This document shows, in pieces, positions 40,601 to 50,408 of a stretch of DNA of 64,000 nt. This DNA comes from an uncultured cyanobacterium (lineage in GTDB: Bacteria; Cyanobacteriota; Cyanobacteriia; Cyanobacteriales; Nostocaceae): contig OY970166.1 in assembly GCA_963706595.1 (NCBI GenBank), forward strand, positions 5,184,001 through 5,248,000, read 5' to 3'. Under the pieces are notes generated by a model. It ran no database searches. It was not told the origin of the DNA and worked only from the letters and a program-made list of their open reading frames with translations. Position 1 is the first letter of the stretch. The number at the start of each line of letters is the position of its first letter. Both the position numbers and the translations under genes were made by a program.

Positions 40601-41980
40601 TTATTTGCGCTGTTGTCTGCTATTCATGTTGATGCGATCGCTCAATTGACCTAGAATTTGTGCTAACCCGCGATCGCTTTCCCGGAGTTGGGCAATCTTA
40701 TCACAACTATAAATCACCGTTGTATGGTCTTTACCACCAAACTCCTCACCAATTCTCGGCAAACTCAAATCAGTGTGTTGGCGCATGAGATACATTCCGA
40801 TTTGACGCGCCCAACTAATTTCTCGTCGCCGGGAGTTACTTTTCAGGTCTTCAATAGAGATAGCAAAATTATCACCAATAACTGATAATATCACCTCTGG
40901 AGTAGCCGCCACTTTCTGGCTTTGTCTTTCTAAAACAGGTGTGATATTCTCCACCGTCATGGCTAAACCCCAAATAGAAATATAAGCCAGCGCCCGAATT
41001 AAAGCTCCTTCCAACTCGCGAATATTATTCGTGTAGTTAGAAGCAATATATTCAATTACATCCCTGGGCAGACTCATATTTTCGTATTCAGCCTTTTTCT
41101 GGAGAATTGCCATCCTAGTTTCTAAATCTGGAGTTTGCACATCAGCAATTAAACCCATGGAAAACCGGGAACACAGACGTTCTTGCAACTGAGGAATCTG
41201 GTGAGGCGGACGGTCCGAAGCAATCACCACTTGCTTGCCAGCTTCATGTAACGTATTAAAAGTATGAAAAAATTCTTCTTGAGTATATTCCTTACCCTCA
41301 ATAAACTGAATATCATCGACTAACAACACATCAGCAGCCCGGTAATGCTCCCGGAAAGTTTGCATACTATCATTGCGGATAGCAGTAATTAAGTCATTAG
41401 TAAATTGCTCTGTAGATACATAAAATATTTGAGACTCAGGACATATTTCCCAACGATAATGAGCAATAGCTTGCATCAGGTGAGTTTTTCCCAAACCGAC
41501 ACCACCGCATAAAAATAAAGGATTAAACTCTCTCCCTGGCGATTCCGCCACAGCCAAAGAAGCTGCGTGAGCCATCCGATTGTTAGCACCAACTACAAAT
41601 CGCGAAAATACATATTTAGAATTTAAGTTGGTCGTAGGTTGCTTTTTTTGAGGCATACTTTCAGCAGTCATGTTTTGGCTAGGTAAATCCCAGGTAACTT
41701 CCGGTTCCCCTAAATTAGTAACTTCATCACCCTGAGCAACTGTAATGTAGATTTCTACAGGATGACCCAAAATATCTTGCACTACATTAGCAATGGTGTT
41801 GATGTAATATTTTTGTAACCAATTACGAGCAAAAGGATTAGGAGTAATGATCACCAAGCAATTATTTTCTAATCGTTCAGCGTTAGCAGTTTTTATCCAA
41901 GTTTCAAAGGTAGGACGGGATAATTCTAACTGTAAGCGCTGTAGCACCTGAATCCACAAACTGTCAATGGGAATTTCCAT
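40601..41980 (-). CDS. dnaA: Chromosomal replication initiator DnaA
   Basis: [30 protein letters not shown]. Confidence 0.98.
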   Translation of the reverse strand: MEIPIDSLWIQVLQRLQLELSRPTFETWIKTANAERLENNCLVIITPNPFARNWLQKYYINTIANVVQDILGHPVEIYITVAQGDEVTNLGEPEVTWDLPSQNMTAESMPQKKQPTTNLNSKYVFSRFVVGANNRMAHAASLAVAESPGREFNPLFLCGGVGLGKTHLMQAIAHYRWEICPESQIFYVSTEQFTNDLITAIRNDSMQTFREHYRAADVLLVDDIQFIEGKEYTQEEFFHTFNTLHEAGKQVVIASDRPPHQIPQLQERLCSRFSMGLIADVQTPDLETRMAILQKKAEYENMSLPRDVIEYIASNYTNNIRELEGALIRALAYISIWGLAMTVENITPVLERQSQKVAATPEVILSVIGDNFAISIEDLKSNSRRREISWARQIGMYLMRQHTDLSLPRIGEEFGGKDHTTVIYSCDKIAQLRESDRGLAQILGQLSDRINMNSRQQRK

Positions 41981-42150
41981 TATTTACCACCTTTGCTACT
42001 AATCGTCACAATAGAAGATGTCAGAAGGCACTAATTTAGTATTTATAAGTTCTAGACCTGAAACAAGCTTTTGAGTTGTCATCATTCACAGGACATACCC
42101 GGTAGGCAATATCCTATCACCCACTGACTAGCACGGAGAAGCAAAGACAC

Positions 42151-43422
42151 ATGAAAAAAACAGAGCATAACTTGAAAGTCCCGGATATGGATACCTGGGG
42201 TTTGCCGCACTGGCGAGAATCAAGCAGTATAATCAAGTTGATGCTACTAAGTGGGGTAACAGTTGTGTCCCTTGGCGGCTGCTCGTTTCTACCAGCCAAA
42301 ACCTTTGAGAGCCAAAAAAATAATCCTCAGTCTCAGATTGCGACTCAAAATACAAATAATAACAGTCCGGCTCTGACAACTCCAGCCATTACCTCCTCAT
42401 CTGGTACAGATCCTAACTTTGTAGTCGCAGTCGTACAACAGGTTGGAGATGCAGTAGTTCGGATTGATGCGTCTAGAACAGTACAATCTCGGCGTGTACC
42501 AACCGATCCATTTTTGCGGCGATTTGGCAATCCAGGGCTATCACAGCCTAGACAGCGAGTAGAGCGGGGTAGCGGCTCTGGATTTATTATTAATTCTTCT
42601 GGTCAAATTTTGACTAACGCCCATGTTGTAGACGGTGCTGATTCTGTAATTGTCACCCTTAAGGATGGTAGGACTTTTGATGGTCAAGTGTTGGGTGAAG
42701 ATCCGATTACAGATGTGGCTGTAATCGAAATTGAAGCTAATAATCTGCCAATTTTACCCATAGGCGACTCTGATACCTTGCAACCAGGAGAAGCAGTGAT
42801 TGCCATTGGTAATCCTTTAGGGTTGAATAATACCGTTACCTCTGGCATACTCAGCGCTACGGGGCGTTCTAGTAGTGATATTGGGGTGAGCGATAAGCGA
42901 GTTGACTATCTTCAAACTGATGCAGCTATTAATCCTGGTAACTCTGGCGGGCCATTACTCAATTTCCGTGGTCAGGTAATTGGGATGAACACAGCAATCA
43001 TTCAAGGCGCGCAAGGGCTAGGATTTGCCATTCCCATGAACACAGTACAAAGAATTTCTCAGGAATTAATCACTAAAGGCAGAGTCGATCATCCTTATCT
43101 AGGTATTCAAATGGTGACGTTGACACCAGAAGTAAAATCAACAATCAATAATGATCCACGTAATCGCTTGAATATCGTCGCAGATCAGGGTGTCTTATTG
43201 GTTGATATTGTACCGCGCTCTCCAGCATTTGCTGCTGGACTAAAATCTCGTGATTTGATTCAAAGCATTAATAACCAACCCGTTACTAAAATTGAAGAGG
43301 TACAGAAACTGGTAGAAAAAAGCCAAATTGGTATTCCTTTACAAATACAAGTGGAACGCAATGGGCAAGTTATATCAGTAGCCGTTAGTCCAGCACCTTT
43401 ACCAGCGCGAACAGAAGAGTGA
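42151..43422 (+). CDS. HtrA/DegP (HhoA/HhoB-type) serine protease with one PDZ domain
   Basis: LGGC lipobox-like, TNAHVV, DVAV, GNSGGPL, C-terminal PDZ. Confidence 0.93.
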   Translation: MKKTEHNLKVPDMDTWGLPHWRESSSIIKLMLLSGVTVVSLGGCSFLPAKTFESQKNNPQSQIATQNTNNNSPALTTPAITSSSGTDPNFVVAVVQQVGDAVVRIDASRTVQSRRVPTDPFLRRFGNPGLSQPRQRVERGSGSGFIINSSGQILTNAHVVDGADSVIVTLKDGRTFDGQVLGEDPITDVAVIEIEANNLPILPIGDSDTLQPGEAVIAIGNPLGLNNTVTSGILSATGRSSSDIGVSDKRVDYLQTDAAINPGNSGGPLLNFRGQVIGMNTAIIQGAQGLGFAIPMNTVQRISQELITKGRVDHPYLGIQMVTLTPEVKSTINNDPRNRLNIVADQGVLLVDIVPRSPAFAAGLKSRDLIQSINNQPVTKIEEVQKLVEKSQIGIPLQIQVERNGQVISVAVSPAPLPARTEE

Positions 43423-43506
43423 CAGAAGCGGGTGGGGAGCGGGGGAGTTGGAAATTACTTGACACGGAAGGCTGCACAAAAAGCTTTCCACTTCTCCCCT
43501 GCTCCC

Positions 43507-43654
43507 TGTACACACAAGTCGGGAAATTCTCTTTTGTATTAAGAGACCCCACCCCTAACCCCTCCCCGCAAGCGAGGAGGGGAACTGGATTGCCGCTTAA
43601 GTCGTGTTTTTAGGACTGGAAAATCTCTTTGGTTCAGGATGTGTGTACACCGTA
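43507..43654. repeat. Inverted-repeat-bounded element containing the MITE-A hairpin core
   Basis: TGTACACACA...TGTGTGTACA ends around CCCCTCCCCGCAAGCGAGGAGGGG. Confidence 0.55.
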
Positions 43655-43699
43655 GTCCCCCTCGCCTGCACTCTGCTTTCTTTCCTCTTCTTCTTAACC

Positions 43700-44245
43700 A
43701 TGCCAGAATTAATGCCAATCATGCAATTGGGCGCTCCTATACTGCGCCAAAAAGCGACTTGGGTTGAAAATACTCAAGATGAACAGATTCAAAAGCTCAT
43801 TGACAACTTGACTGTAACAGTTGCCCAGGCTAACGGTGTGGGCATTGCTGCGCCTCAAGTAGCCGCATCCTATCGTTTATTTATTGTGGCTTCTCGCCCT
43901 AATTTGAGGTATCCCAACGCCCCGGTGATGGAGCCTACAGCCATGATTAATCCGAGAATAATTGCTCATTCTACTGAAATTGTCAAAGGTTGGGAAGGTT
44001 GTTTAAGTGTTCCTGGTATTAGAGGTTTAGTGCCAAGATATCAAGCCGTTGAAGTTGCATATACTGACCGCAATGGCAAGTTACAAAAGCAAAAATTAAC
44101 TGATTTTGTGGCTCGGATTTTTCAACACGAGTATGATCATCTCGATGGTGTGCTGTTTATAGATCGTGTTGAAAACTCTCTTGACATGATTAGTGAGGAT
44201 GAATACCAAAAAATAATTAATCCTACATATAGGAATCCGGTTTGA
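43700..44245 (+). CDS. def: Peptide deformylase
   Basis: GVGIAAPQ, EGCLS and QHEYDHLDG motifs; start at ATG 43700 (the upstream track extension is repeat DNA). Confidence 0.95.
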   Translation: MPELMPIMQLGAPILRQKATWVENTQDEQIQKLIDNLTVTVAQANGVGIAAPQVAASYRLFIVASRPNLRYPNAPVMEPTAMINPRIIAHSTEIVKGWEGCLSVPGIRGLVPRYQAVEVAYTDRNGKLQKQKLTDFVARIFQHEYDHLDGVLFIDRVENSLDMISEDEYQKIINPTYRNPV

Positions 44246-44354
44246 TATCTAAATTTATTTGCGTAGGTAGGGAGTGGGGAGTGGGGAGTGGGGAGTAGGG
44301 AAAAAGAAATAATGTGTATGGAGTTTTATTCAAAAATCAAATAGGAGTCCTATA
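44228..44354. mobile_element. MITE family B copy carrying STRR
   Basis: TATAGGAATCCGGTTTGAT...(GGGGAGT)n...ATCAAATAGGAGTCCTATA; supplies the last codons and stop of def. Confidence 0.7.
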
Positions 44355-44450
44355 GATTAAGATATTTCTCCAGGAAGAGACTGGACACTGAAGCATCAAG
44401 TTATATTTAACCTATTGTTAACCTTAGCTTTGGTGTATTTTATTGTTTAA

Positions 44451-45348
44451 ATGGTCAGAGATATCAGTAGTTGTCGCTGGAATCCACAGATAAATAAAAA
44501 CATCAGCCCAGAAGTGACACAGCAACAGGTAGAACTGTATTCTGGCGGATTACAAATTGTTCATGCAACGAACGGGCGCATCCGTATCCGCGCTACTGAC
44601 GCTAATTTTCACCCGAAATTAGAGTCTATCTCCCAAGATTTACGGCAGTACAAAGGAGTGATGGCAGTTTGTGCTAATCAGCAAATAGGTAGTTTGGTGG
44701 TGACATTTGATCAAACTCTACTGTCAATGCCGCAAATGTTGAGTATTCTGCAAGAGTTCGACGTTGAACAAATCCCCGTCGGCAATGTAGATGCTTTGGC
44801 TGCGTGGAAATCTCTGGATTTTTGGCAAGAACAATCTATTTCGTTGATTCCTTTGGTGACTGGTTTGGCGGTGACAGGAGGATTGGGAATCAGTGGTTGG
44901 GCAGCTATTCCAGTGTATATGATGACCGCAGATGCGACTCGTCGGGTAATTGACTATCTGGAACCAAAATTTTCGGTGTCAGATGTAGACAAACCTACTG
45001 AATCTTCTGTTTCAACCAGTGATGATTGCGCCACTCTGCAAACACCATTATCTGATCATCCCAGGCTTGCTTACACTGTTATTCATGCCATACCTGGAAG
45101 AATCAGGTTTCATCTACCTCAACTCGCCCAAGATAGCGCCTATCGGCAGCGACTAGAGAGGTTATTGAAAGCAGATCCCCAAGTGGTGAATGTGCGGCTG
45201 AATGATCGTGCAGCATCAATTGCGATCGCCTATCAACCTGGCTACAGTAGCTGTAACTCATTGGGTGAATCTGATGGAATTAGCTTTGAAAACGCACCCA
45301 TCAGCAAACTCTGTCAACGTGTCTAATCCAGCAACTGACGCGATGTAG
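44451..45348 (+). CDS. Protein with two HMA2-like (H-x3-GRxR) domains and a central hydrophobic segment; probable frameshift near 45243
   Basis: VHATNGRIRIR and IHAIPGRIRFH; the shifted frame after AYQP reads TVAVTHWVNLMELALKTHP...* at 45348 (track stop 45326). Confidence 0.7.
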
Positions 45349-45470
45349 TTATTGTTTATCCTGGTGAGCAAACCTGCATCAAATCAAACTCTACCATCAG
45401 AAAGATGAGATCACAATCTGAGGTAAATTAAGCTAAAAAGCTTACCTACATCTAATAGAGTTAATTAATT

Positions 45471-45770
45471 ATGGCACTTAAAATTACTGATTTCATTGAA
45501 GATGCTGGCGCTCCTGGAATTATAGCAGGCATAGGGGCTGTACTATTAGCACCTGTCCTTATTCCTGTGGTCGCGGGAATTGGTAAACCCATAGCCAAGT
45601 CATTAGTCAAAGGTGGAATTGTCGCCTACGAAAAAAGCAAAGGCGCATTTGCCGAAATGGGCGAAACCTGGGAAGACATCATCGCCGAAGCGAAAGCTGA
45701 AATTGCCGAAGATCGAGAAACACCAACATTTGAATCATCTGCTGATAACACAGTAGAACATGGCGTATAA
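45471..45770 (+). CDS. DUF5132-type small GxxxG membrane protein
   Basis: GIIAGIGAVLLAPVLIPVVAGIGKPIAKSLVKGGI..YEK....AEMGETWEDIIAEAKAE. Confidence 0.8.
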   Translation: MALKITDFIEDAGAPGIIAGIGAVLLAPVLIPVVAGIGKPIAKSLVKGGIVAYEKSKGAFAEMGETWEDIIAEAKAEIAEDRETPTFESSADNTVEHGV

Positions 45771-45991
45771 ATCGGCTATTAAAAGTTTGTAGTGAAGACT
45801 TCAGTCCTCAAAATAAATACGACTTACGCAGGAACTTGTGGAAATTCTCATTTGTGGTTGATGATTTCATCATCTTGCGTAAGTCAAATCAATTCAAAAT
45901 TTTATTTCTTGTTCATTTTGAATTAAAAAAAAGTAATGAGAGGACTAAAGTCCTGACTACGAGCAAAAATATAATTTAGGAGGGCTACTGT

Positions 45992-46573
45992 GTGTTAACA
46001 AATAGTCATGGTAATCTCACCAAAATAGCCAAAGTTATTGAGAAAGCCACCTTCAAAACCACACCTAAACCTATATCCACTAAAATCATTAGTGATACTC
46101 CAGGAAGACTACGGTTAAGAATTTCTCAACCTCATCGTCATCCTAGAGAAATGCAACGTATTGCTAATGTACTCAAGGCACAACCTCATATCATTGAGGT
46201 GAGAACAAATATTAGTCACGGTAGTATGATCATCAACCATGATGGTAAAGATGCCACCTTGGAAAATGTGTTGACTAATTTATTGGATTTAGGAGTGACT
46301 TTTGCTGATATTACTGAGGGTAACTCGGAAGCAGCAGAAGATGTCAAAAATACAATGAGCCACTTAAATAAACGATTTGAGCAGGCGACAAGTGGTGAAG
46401 TTGATTTGCGCTTTCTTTTTCCTCTAGGACTGAGCATTTTGGCTGTTAGACAAATTATATTTAAGGGTTTGCAACTGGAAATTATTCCTTGGTATGTGTT
46501 GGCATGGTATGCCTTTGATAGTTTTATGAAATTAAATAGTAATAGCCAACTACAGCTAAATACTGAGCATTAA
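45992..46573 (+). CDS. HMA2-like domain protein with C-terminal hydrophobic hairpin
   Basis: SDTPGRLRLR domain; DLRFLFPLGL...PWYVLAWYAFDSF. Confidence 0.75.
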   Translation: MLTNSHGNLTKIAKVIEKATFKTTPKPISTKIISDTPGRLRLRISQPHRHPREMQRIANVLKAQPHIIEVRTNISHGSMIINHDGKDATLENVLTNLLDLGVTFADITEGNSEAAEDVKNTMSHLNKRFEQATSGEVDLRFLFPLGLSILAVRQIIFKGLQLEIIPWYVLAWYAFDSFMKLNSNSQLQLNTEH

Positions 46574-46622
46574 TAGCATTTTGCTTGCCCTTGTTGTGTA
46601 TCTGAATCACTTAGGAACAAAA

Positions 46623-46656
46623 AAATCCCCGACTTCTTGAAGAAGTCGGGGATCTG
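46623..46656. repeat. Palindromic dispersed repeat / likely bidirectional terminator
   Basis: ATCCCCGACTTCTT-G-AAGAAGTCGGGGAT; degenerate copies near 20237 and 29055. Confidence 0.7.
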
Positions 46657-46680
46657 AGCCTCTCGTTATGTGCAGTAATT

Positions 46681-49476
46681 TTATTTTTTACCTGTAATCT
46701 GTTTAATTAAATTACCAATTAAAGGTAACTGTTCTAATACCATTTTTATCAAATCTACACTGCTTTTCTCAGATAAGCGGTCATCTTGACGAAGTTGTAA
46801 AACTCCAATTAAAACAATAAATATAGCTGTGCCAATAATTGTTAAAGCTAGATAAGGCAATGGTAATGAGCCGCCGAAAAATGCAATCATACAAAATACA
46901 ATTACAAATACGAATAAATAGAACATTCCATTTCTAAACGCAAAAGGCAATTTAACTTGCTCTGCTGGTTGAGGTTTTTCTTCATCATTAGAATTTTGTG
47001 TCATCACATTATTTCCTTGTTGGGTTATTACTTGTTCTATTCGAGCATTATTAATAGAAATCAAAGTATCTCCTCCTTGTGCTTTTGGTTCTTTTTTAGT
47101 TAGCTGAATTCTATCCATCACATCATTAATTAAGCCTGAAACATTAACTTGTTCATAGCTTTTTTCACATTGAACATCATATATTTTATGAGCGATACGA
47201 TTTCTTAAATTCTCAAACTGATAAAAATAAGGCTCTTGATTATTTTTACATACAGAACAATTACAAGGAATTAATTTATTAAACTTTAATTTTTTATAAG
47301 AATCATGTATTTTATCAAGTTCGTGAGTGACACGTGTTAATAAATCTCGTTTTTGTAAACCTTCAATCCTAATTTTAATTTCCCGTTTGTCGTAATATTC
47401 AATCACCTCTGCTTTCGTCTCATCTGCACTGAGAATAACGCCGCTTTTCCAAACATACTTTTGTTCATCAATTAAGCTGTGCATAGCAACTATGAACTGA
47501 GTAATAATACCTTTGGGCATGAAATCATAAGTGTAACGCAAAATTAGGTTTTCACTTTTATTCCAGTTATATTCCGGCTGTTTTTCAGATAATAGTTGTG
47601 GCGCAATGTAATTTTTAGGGTTATTGGGAATTTCGTAACACAACTTGAAATTCATCATCAATTGTAGCAAATCGCCTTGCTTGGCAGCATATTGTTCTTC
47701 CTGCCAAATATTTTGCAATTCTTTCCAGGTGAATTTACCAAAGTTATTAACTACTTCTTTATTATCCAAAACTTTGTAAACTGCATCAGTCCCCCAATTG
47801 GGTTTAAGGATAATAATATTATTTAAAATAGGGTCATCTTGGAAGTGTAAACATACACCTAAATCATGTAAATAACCACTTAATTGCAACTTGTCTTTTC
47901 GTTGGGTGAAGCCTTTTTCTTGACAGATTTGTAAATATTCATCCAAGTTGATATAGTTGCGTGGGTCATTTTCCAACTCTTCCCGGACTTTTACCCAAGT
48001 TTTGGGAAGTGGTGTACCAATGTGAGGTAGTGAAATAATATGATGCTTGATTTCTCGCAGTAATTCTGGTAAACCTCTGTTAGTAGCAAGGTTGGTTGCT
48101 AAGGTTGCCTTTAAATTACTAAATCTTCCCCTTAATTGCGGTTCATTGATTTCACGTTTACGGTCTTGCTTTTCATTTTTGACAATTAATACTGGACTGT
48201 TATCGCTCAATAATTCTACTACGTTCAGCCAGTAGTTAAAATTGGTATCTTCCTTGCGATTATCAGCTACCAAGGTATAGAGAGAGCGCTTAGTGAGGAA
48301 AAATTGGTGGGTGGCATGATAAATTTCTTGTCCTCCAAAGTCCCAAATATTAACTCGGAAATCTCTCTTATTTTTCATTTTGAATTGCCAGTGAATCACC
48401 TCAATTCCATTGGTAGAATCTTCCTCTTGTAGTTGATAATTATAACTTTTAATTTTATTTGCCAGAGTCGTTTTACCTGCACCACCTTCACCGACAATCA
48501 GCAATTTTGCCTCATACAGATAATCTGTGCCTTCCGCTTTTAATTGTCGGAAATAATCTTTAATTGATTCCAGACCTTTTTTTACAACTTCCGGTGGTGG
48601 CTTTTCAATGGGGTTGCCGATTAAATAGAGTTCCGTGAGATTTTGCAGACGGGTAATCGCATCAGGCAATGTGGTGATTTGGTTGCTGCCTAAATTCAGT
48701 GTGGTGAGATTTTGCAGACGGGTAATCGCATCTGGGAATGTGGTGATTTGGTTGGCGATTAAATTCAGTGTAGTGAGATTTTGTAGACTGGCGATCGCAT
48801 CTGGCAATGTCGTGATTTGGTTCTCCCATAAATACAGTGTAGTGAGACTTTGCAGACTGGCGATCGCATCTGGTAATGTGGTAATTTCGTTGTTGCTTAA
48901 ATCCAGTGTGGTGAGATTTTGCAGACGGGTAATCGCATCTGGCAATGTAGTGATTTTGTTGCCGCCTAAATACAGTGTGGTGAGATTTTGCAGACTGGCG
49001 ATCGCATCTGGCAATGTTGTAATTCCGTTGAAGCTTAAATTCAGTATAGTGAGATTTTGCAGATGGGCGATCGCATCAGGTAATGTCGTGATTTGGTTGT
49101 GGCTTAAATCCAGTTCCGTGAGATTTTGCAGACTGGCGATCGCATCTGGCAATATACTGATTTTGTTGTTGCCTAAATTCAGATAGGTGAGATTTTGCAG
49201 ACTGGCGATCGCATCTGGCAATGTTGTAATTCCGTTGAAGCTTAAATTCAGTATAGTGAGATTTTGCAGACTGGCGAGCGGATCAGGCAATGTGGTGATT
49301 TCGTTGAAGCTTAAATTCAAAACTTGCAACCAGTCAAAATCAAATACCTCAGCCGGAATCTCTGTTAATTTTTCCTTGTCATCAGCTTCCCAATCATTGC
49401 TTAAATCCAATTCCGGAAGCCGCTTCTCCTTGACTTCCTGGATTTTTTCCCAGACGCGTTGAGGTATTTGTGACAT
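46681..49476 (-). CDS. Roco protein (LRR-ROC-COR) with C-terminal two-TM domain
   Basis: About 11 LRRs of 23 aa; P-loop GEGGAGKT, WDFGGQE, COR (YLHDLG, IL.P.W), Cys cluster, two hydrophobic helices; start set at ATG 49476. Confidence 0.9.
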   Translation of the reverse strand: MSQIPQRVWEKIQEVKEKRLPELDLSNDWEADDKEKLTEIPAEVFDFDWLQVLNLSFNEITTLPDPLASLQNLTILNLSFNGITTLPDAIASLQNLTYLNLGNNKISILPDAIASLQNLTELDLSHNQITTLPDAIAHLQNLTILNLSFNGITTLPDAIASLQNLTTLYLGGNKITTLPDAITRLQNLTTLDLSNNEITTLPDAIASLQSLTTLYLWENQITTLPDAIASLQNLTTLNLIANQITTFPDAITRLQNLTTLNLGSNQITTLPDAITRLQNLTELYLIGNPIEKPPPEVVKKGLESIKDYFRQLKAEGTDYLYEAKLLIVGEGGAGKTTLANKIKSYNYQLQEEDSTNGIEVIHWQFKMKNKRDFRVNIWDFGGQEIYHATHQFFLTKRSLYTLVADNRKEDTNFNYWLNVVELLSDNSPVLIVKNEKQDRKREINEPQLRGRFSNLKATLATNLATNRGLPELLREIKHHIISLPHIGTPLPKTWVKVREELENDPRNYINLDEYLQICQEKGFTQRKDKLQLSGYLHDLGVCLHFQDDPILNNIIILKPNWGTDAVYKVLDNKEVVNNFGKFTWKELQNIWQEEQYAAKQGDLLQLMMNFKLCYEIPNNPKNYIAPQLLSEKQPEYNWNKSENLILRYTYDFMPKGIITQFIVAMHSLIDEQKYVWKSGVILSADETKAEVIEYYDKREIKIRIEGLQKRDLLTRVTHELDKIHDSYKKLKFNKLIPCNCSVCKNNQEPYFYQFENLRNRIAHKIYDVQCEKSYEQVNVSGLINDVMDRIQLTKKEPKAQGGDTLISINNARIEQVITQQGNNVMTQNSNDEEKPQPAEQVKLPFAFRNGMFYLFVFVIVFCMIAFFGGSLPLPYLALTIIGTAIFIVLIGVLQLRQDDRLSEKSSVDLIKMVLEQLPLIGNLIKQITGKK
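48620..49320 (-). repeat. 69-bp tandem repeat array encoding LRRs
   Basis: Near-identical units LQNLTxLxLxxNxITTLPDAI(A/T)x; six units contain HIP1. Confidence 0.9.
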
Positions 49477-49778
49477 ATTTGTGCCTTGCAGATAAAAGAA
49501 ATGCTGCGCCTTCCGCCTGTCAGCAACCACCTGATTACAAGGTATTTACACCAGCATTAACAATTTTTACGTAATTATAAGCTCAAATATAGCGCTTTTT
49601 GCTTAAGTGCAGCAGTTTTTTACGTCACAGACGGCACTATCCTAAAATTTCGGTGCGTTAGGACTAAAGCCCATAACGCACCCTACCTGATGCGAATTAC
49701 TGTCTTATAAAACATCCCTCTCCTTACCAAGGAGAGGGACAGGTTTTGCACAGCAAAACCAGGGTGAGGTTCCGTATT

Positions 49779-50273
49779 CTATCTACATTCCAAAGACTCG
49801 CGAGTATCCACACCAGTCTGAGAATTCACCCCGCTAGCCTGAGTGCAAAGTTTTTTAATCTGCGGTCCATCTAAAATTGCATTAGTAAAATCAGCCCCAG
49901 TGATGTCAACATTATCAAAAACCGAACGTAACATCATGGCATTGGTAAATACCGCATCAGTTAAATCAGCACCCTTGAACAGTGTCAAATAGGCGATACC
50001 ATTACTAAAATCGACACCATGCATATTCACGCCCTCCAACAGCGAACCGTTAAACACGCCGCCACGGAAATCAGCATTGCTAAAATTAGTATTCTCTAAA
50101 ACCACATTGGTAAACTCAGATCCCACCAAATCTTTACCAGAGTAATCCTTAACCTCAACTTCCTCACTCATATAACTGTTAACGGTAGAAGAACTAGCAG
50201 CTTGCGCCGAGAGGGGAAACAAAAACAGAACCATAGCTAAAACACAGCTAGCCAGTAGTTGCCTATACTTCAT
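49779..50273 (-). CDS. Secreted/lumenal pentapeptide-repeat protein
   Basis: Signal peptide ending AQA, A(D/N)(F/L)xx repeats, C-terminal LC..ASG.N..TG.DTRESLEC. Confidence 0.9.
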   Translation of the reverse strand: MKYRQLLASCVLAMVLFLFPLSAQAASSSTVNSYMSEEVEVKDYSGKDLVGSEFTNVVLENTNFSNADFRGGVFNGSLLEGVNMHGVDFSNGIAYLTLFKGADLTDAVFTNAMMLRSVFDNVDITGADFTNAILDGPQIKKLCTQASGVNSQTGVDTRESLECR

Positions 50274-50408
50274 AATCTTTTATTAACAAAACTCAACAAT
50301 TGCACTATTTACTAGTGAACGTCTAAATATACCAGCCTGTCAAACTATCAACCATCTCTTAGGATATATAGATATTGACCATATTGACGTGCGATCGCAA
50401 AAATACCT

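Noticed and set aside
48047..49462. Plus-strand ORFs 48047-48235, 48635-49186 and 49187-49462 with repetitive translation
   Set aside because: Antisense shadows of the Roco gene and its LRR array
50274..50408. Glycine riboswitch upstream of gcvT
   Set aside because: Short AT-rich divergent intergenic region with no recognisable aptamer motifs
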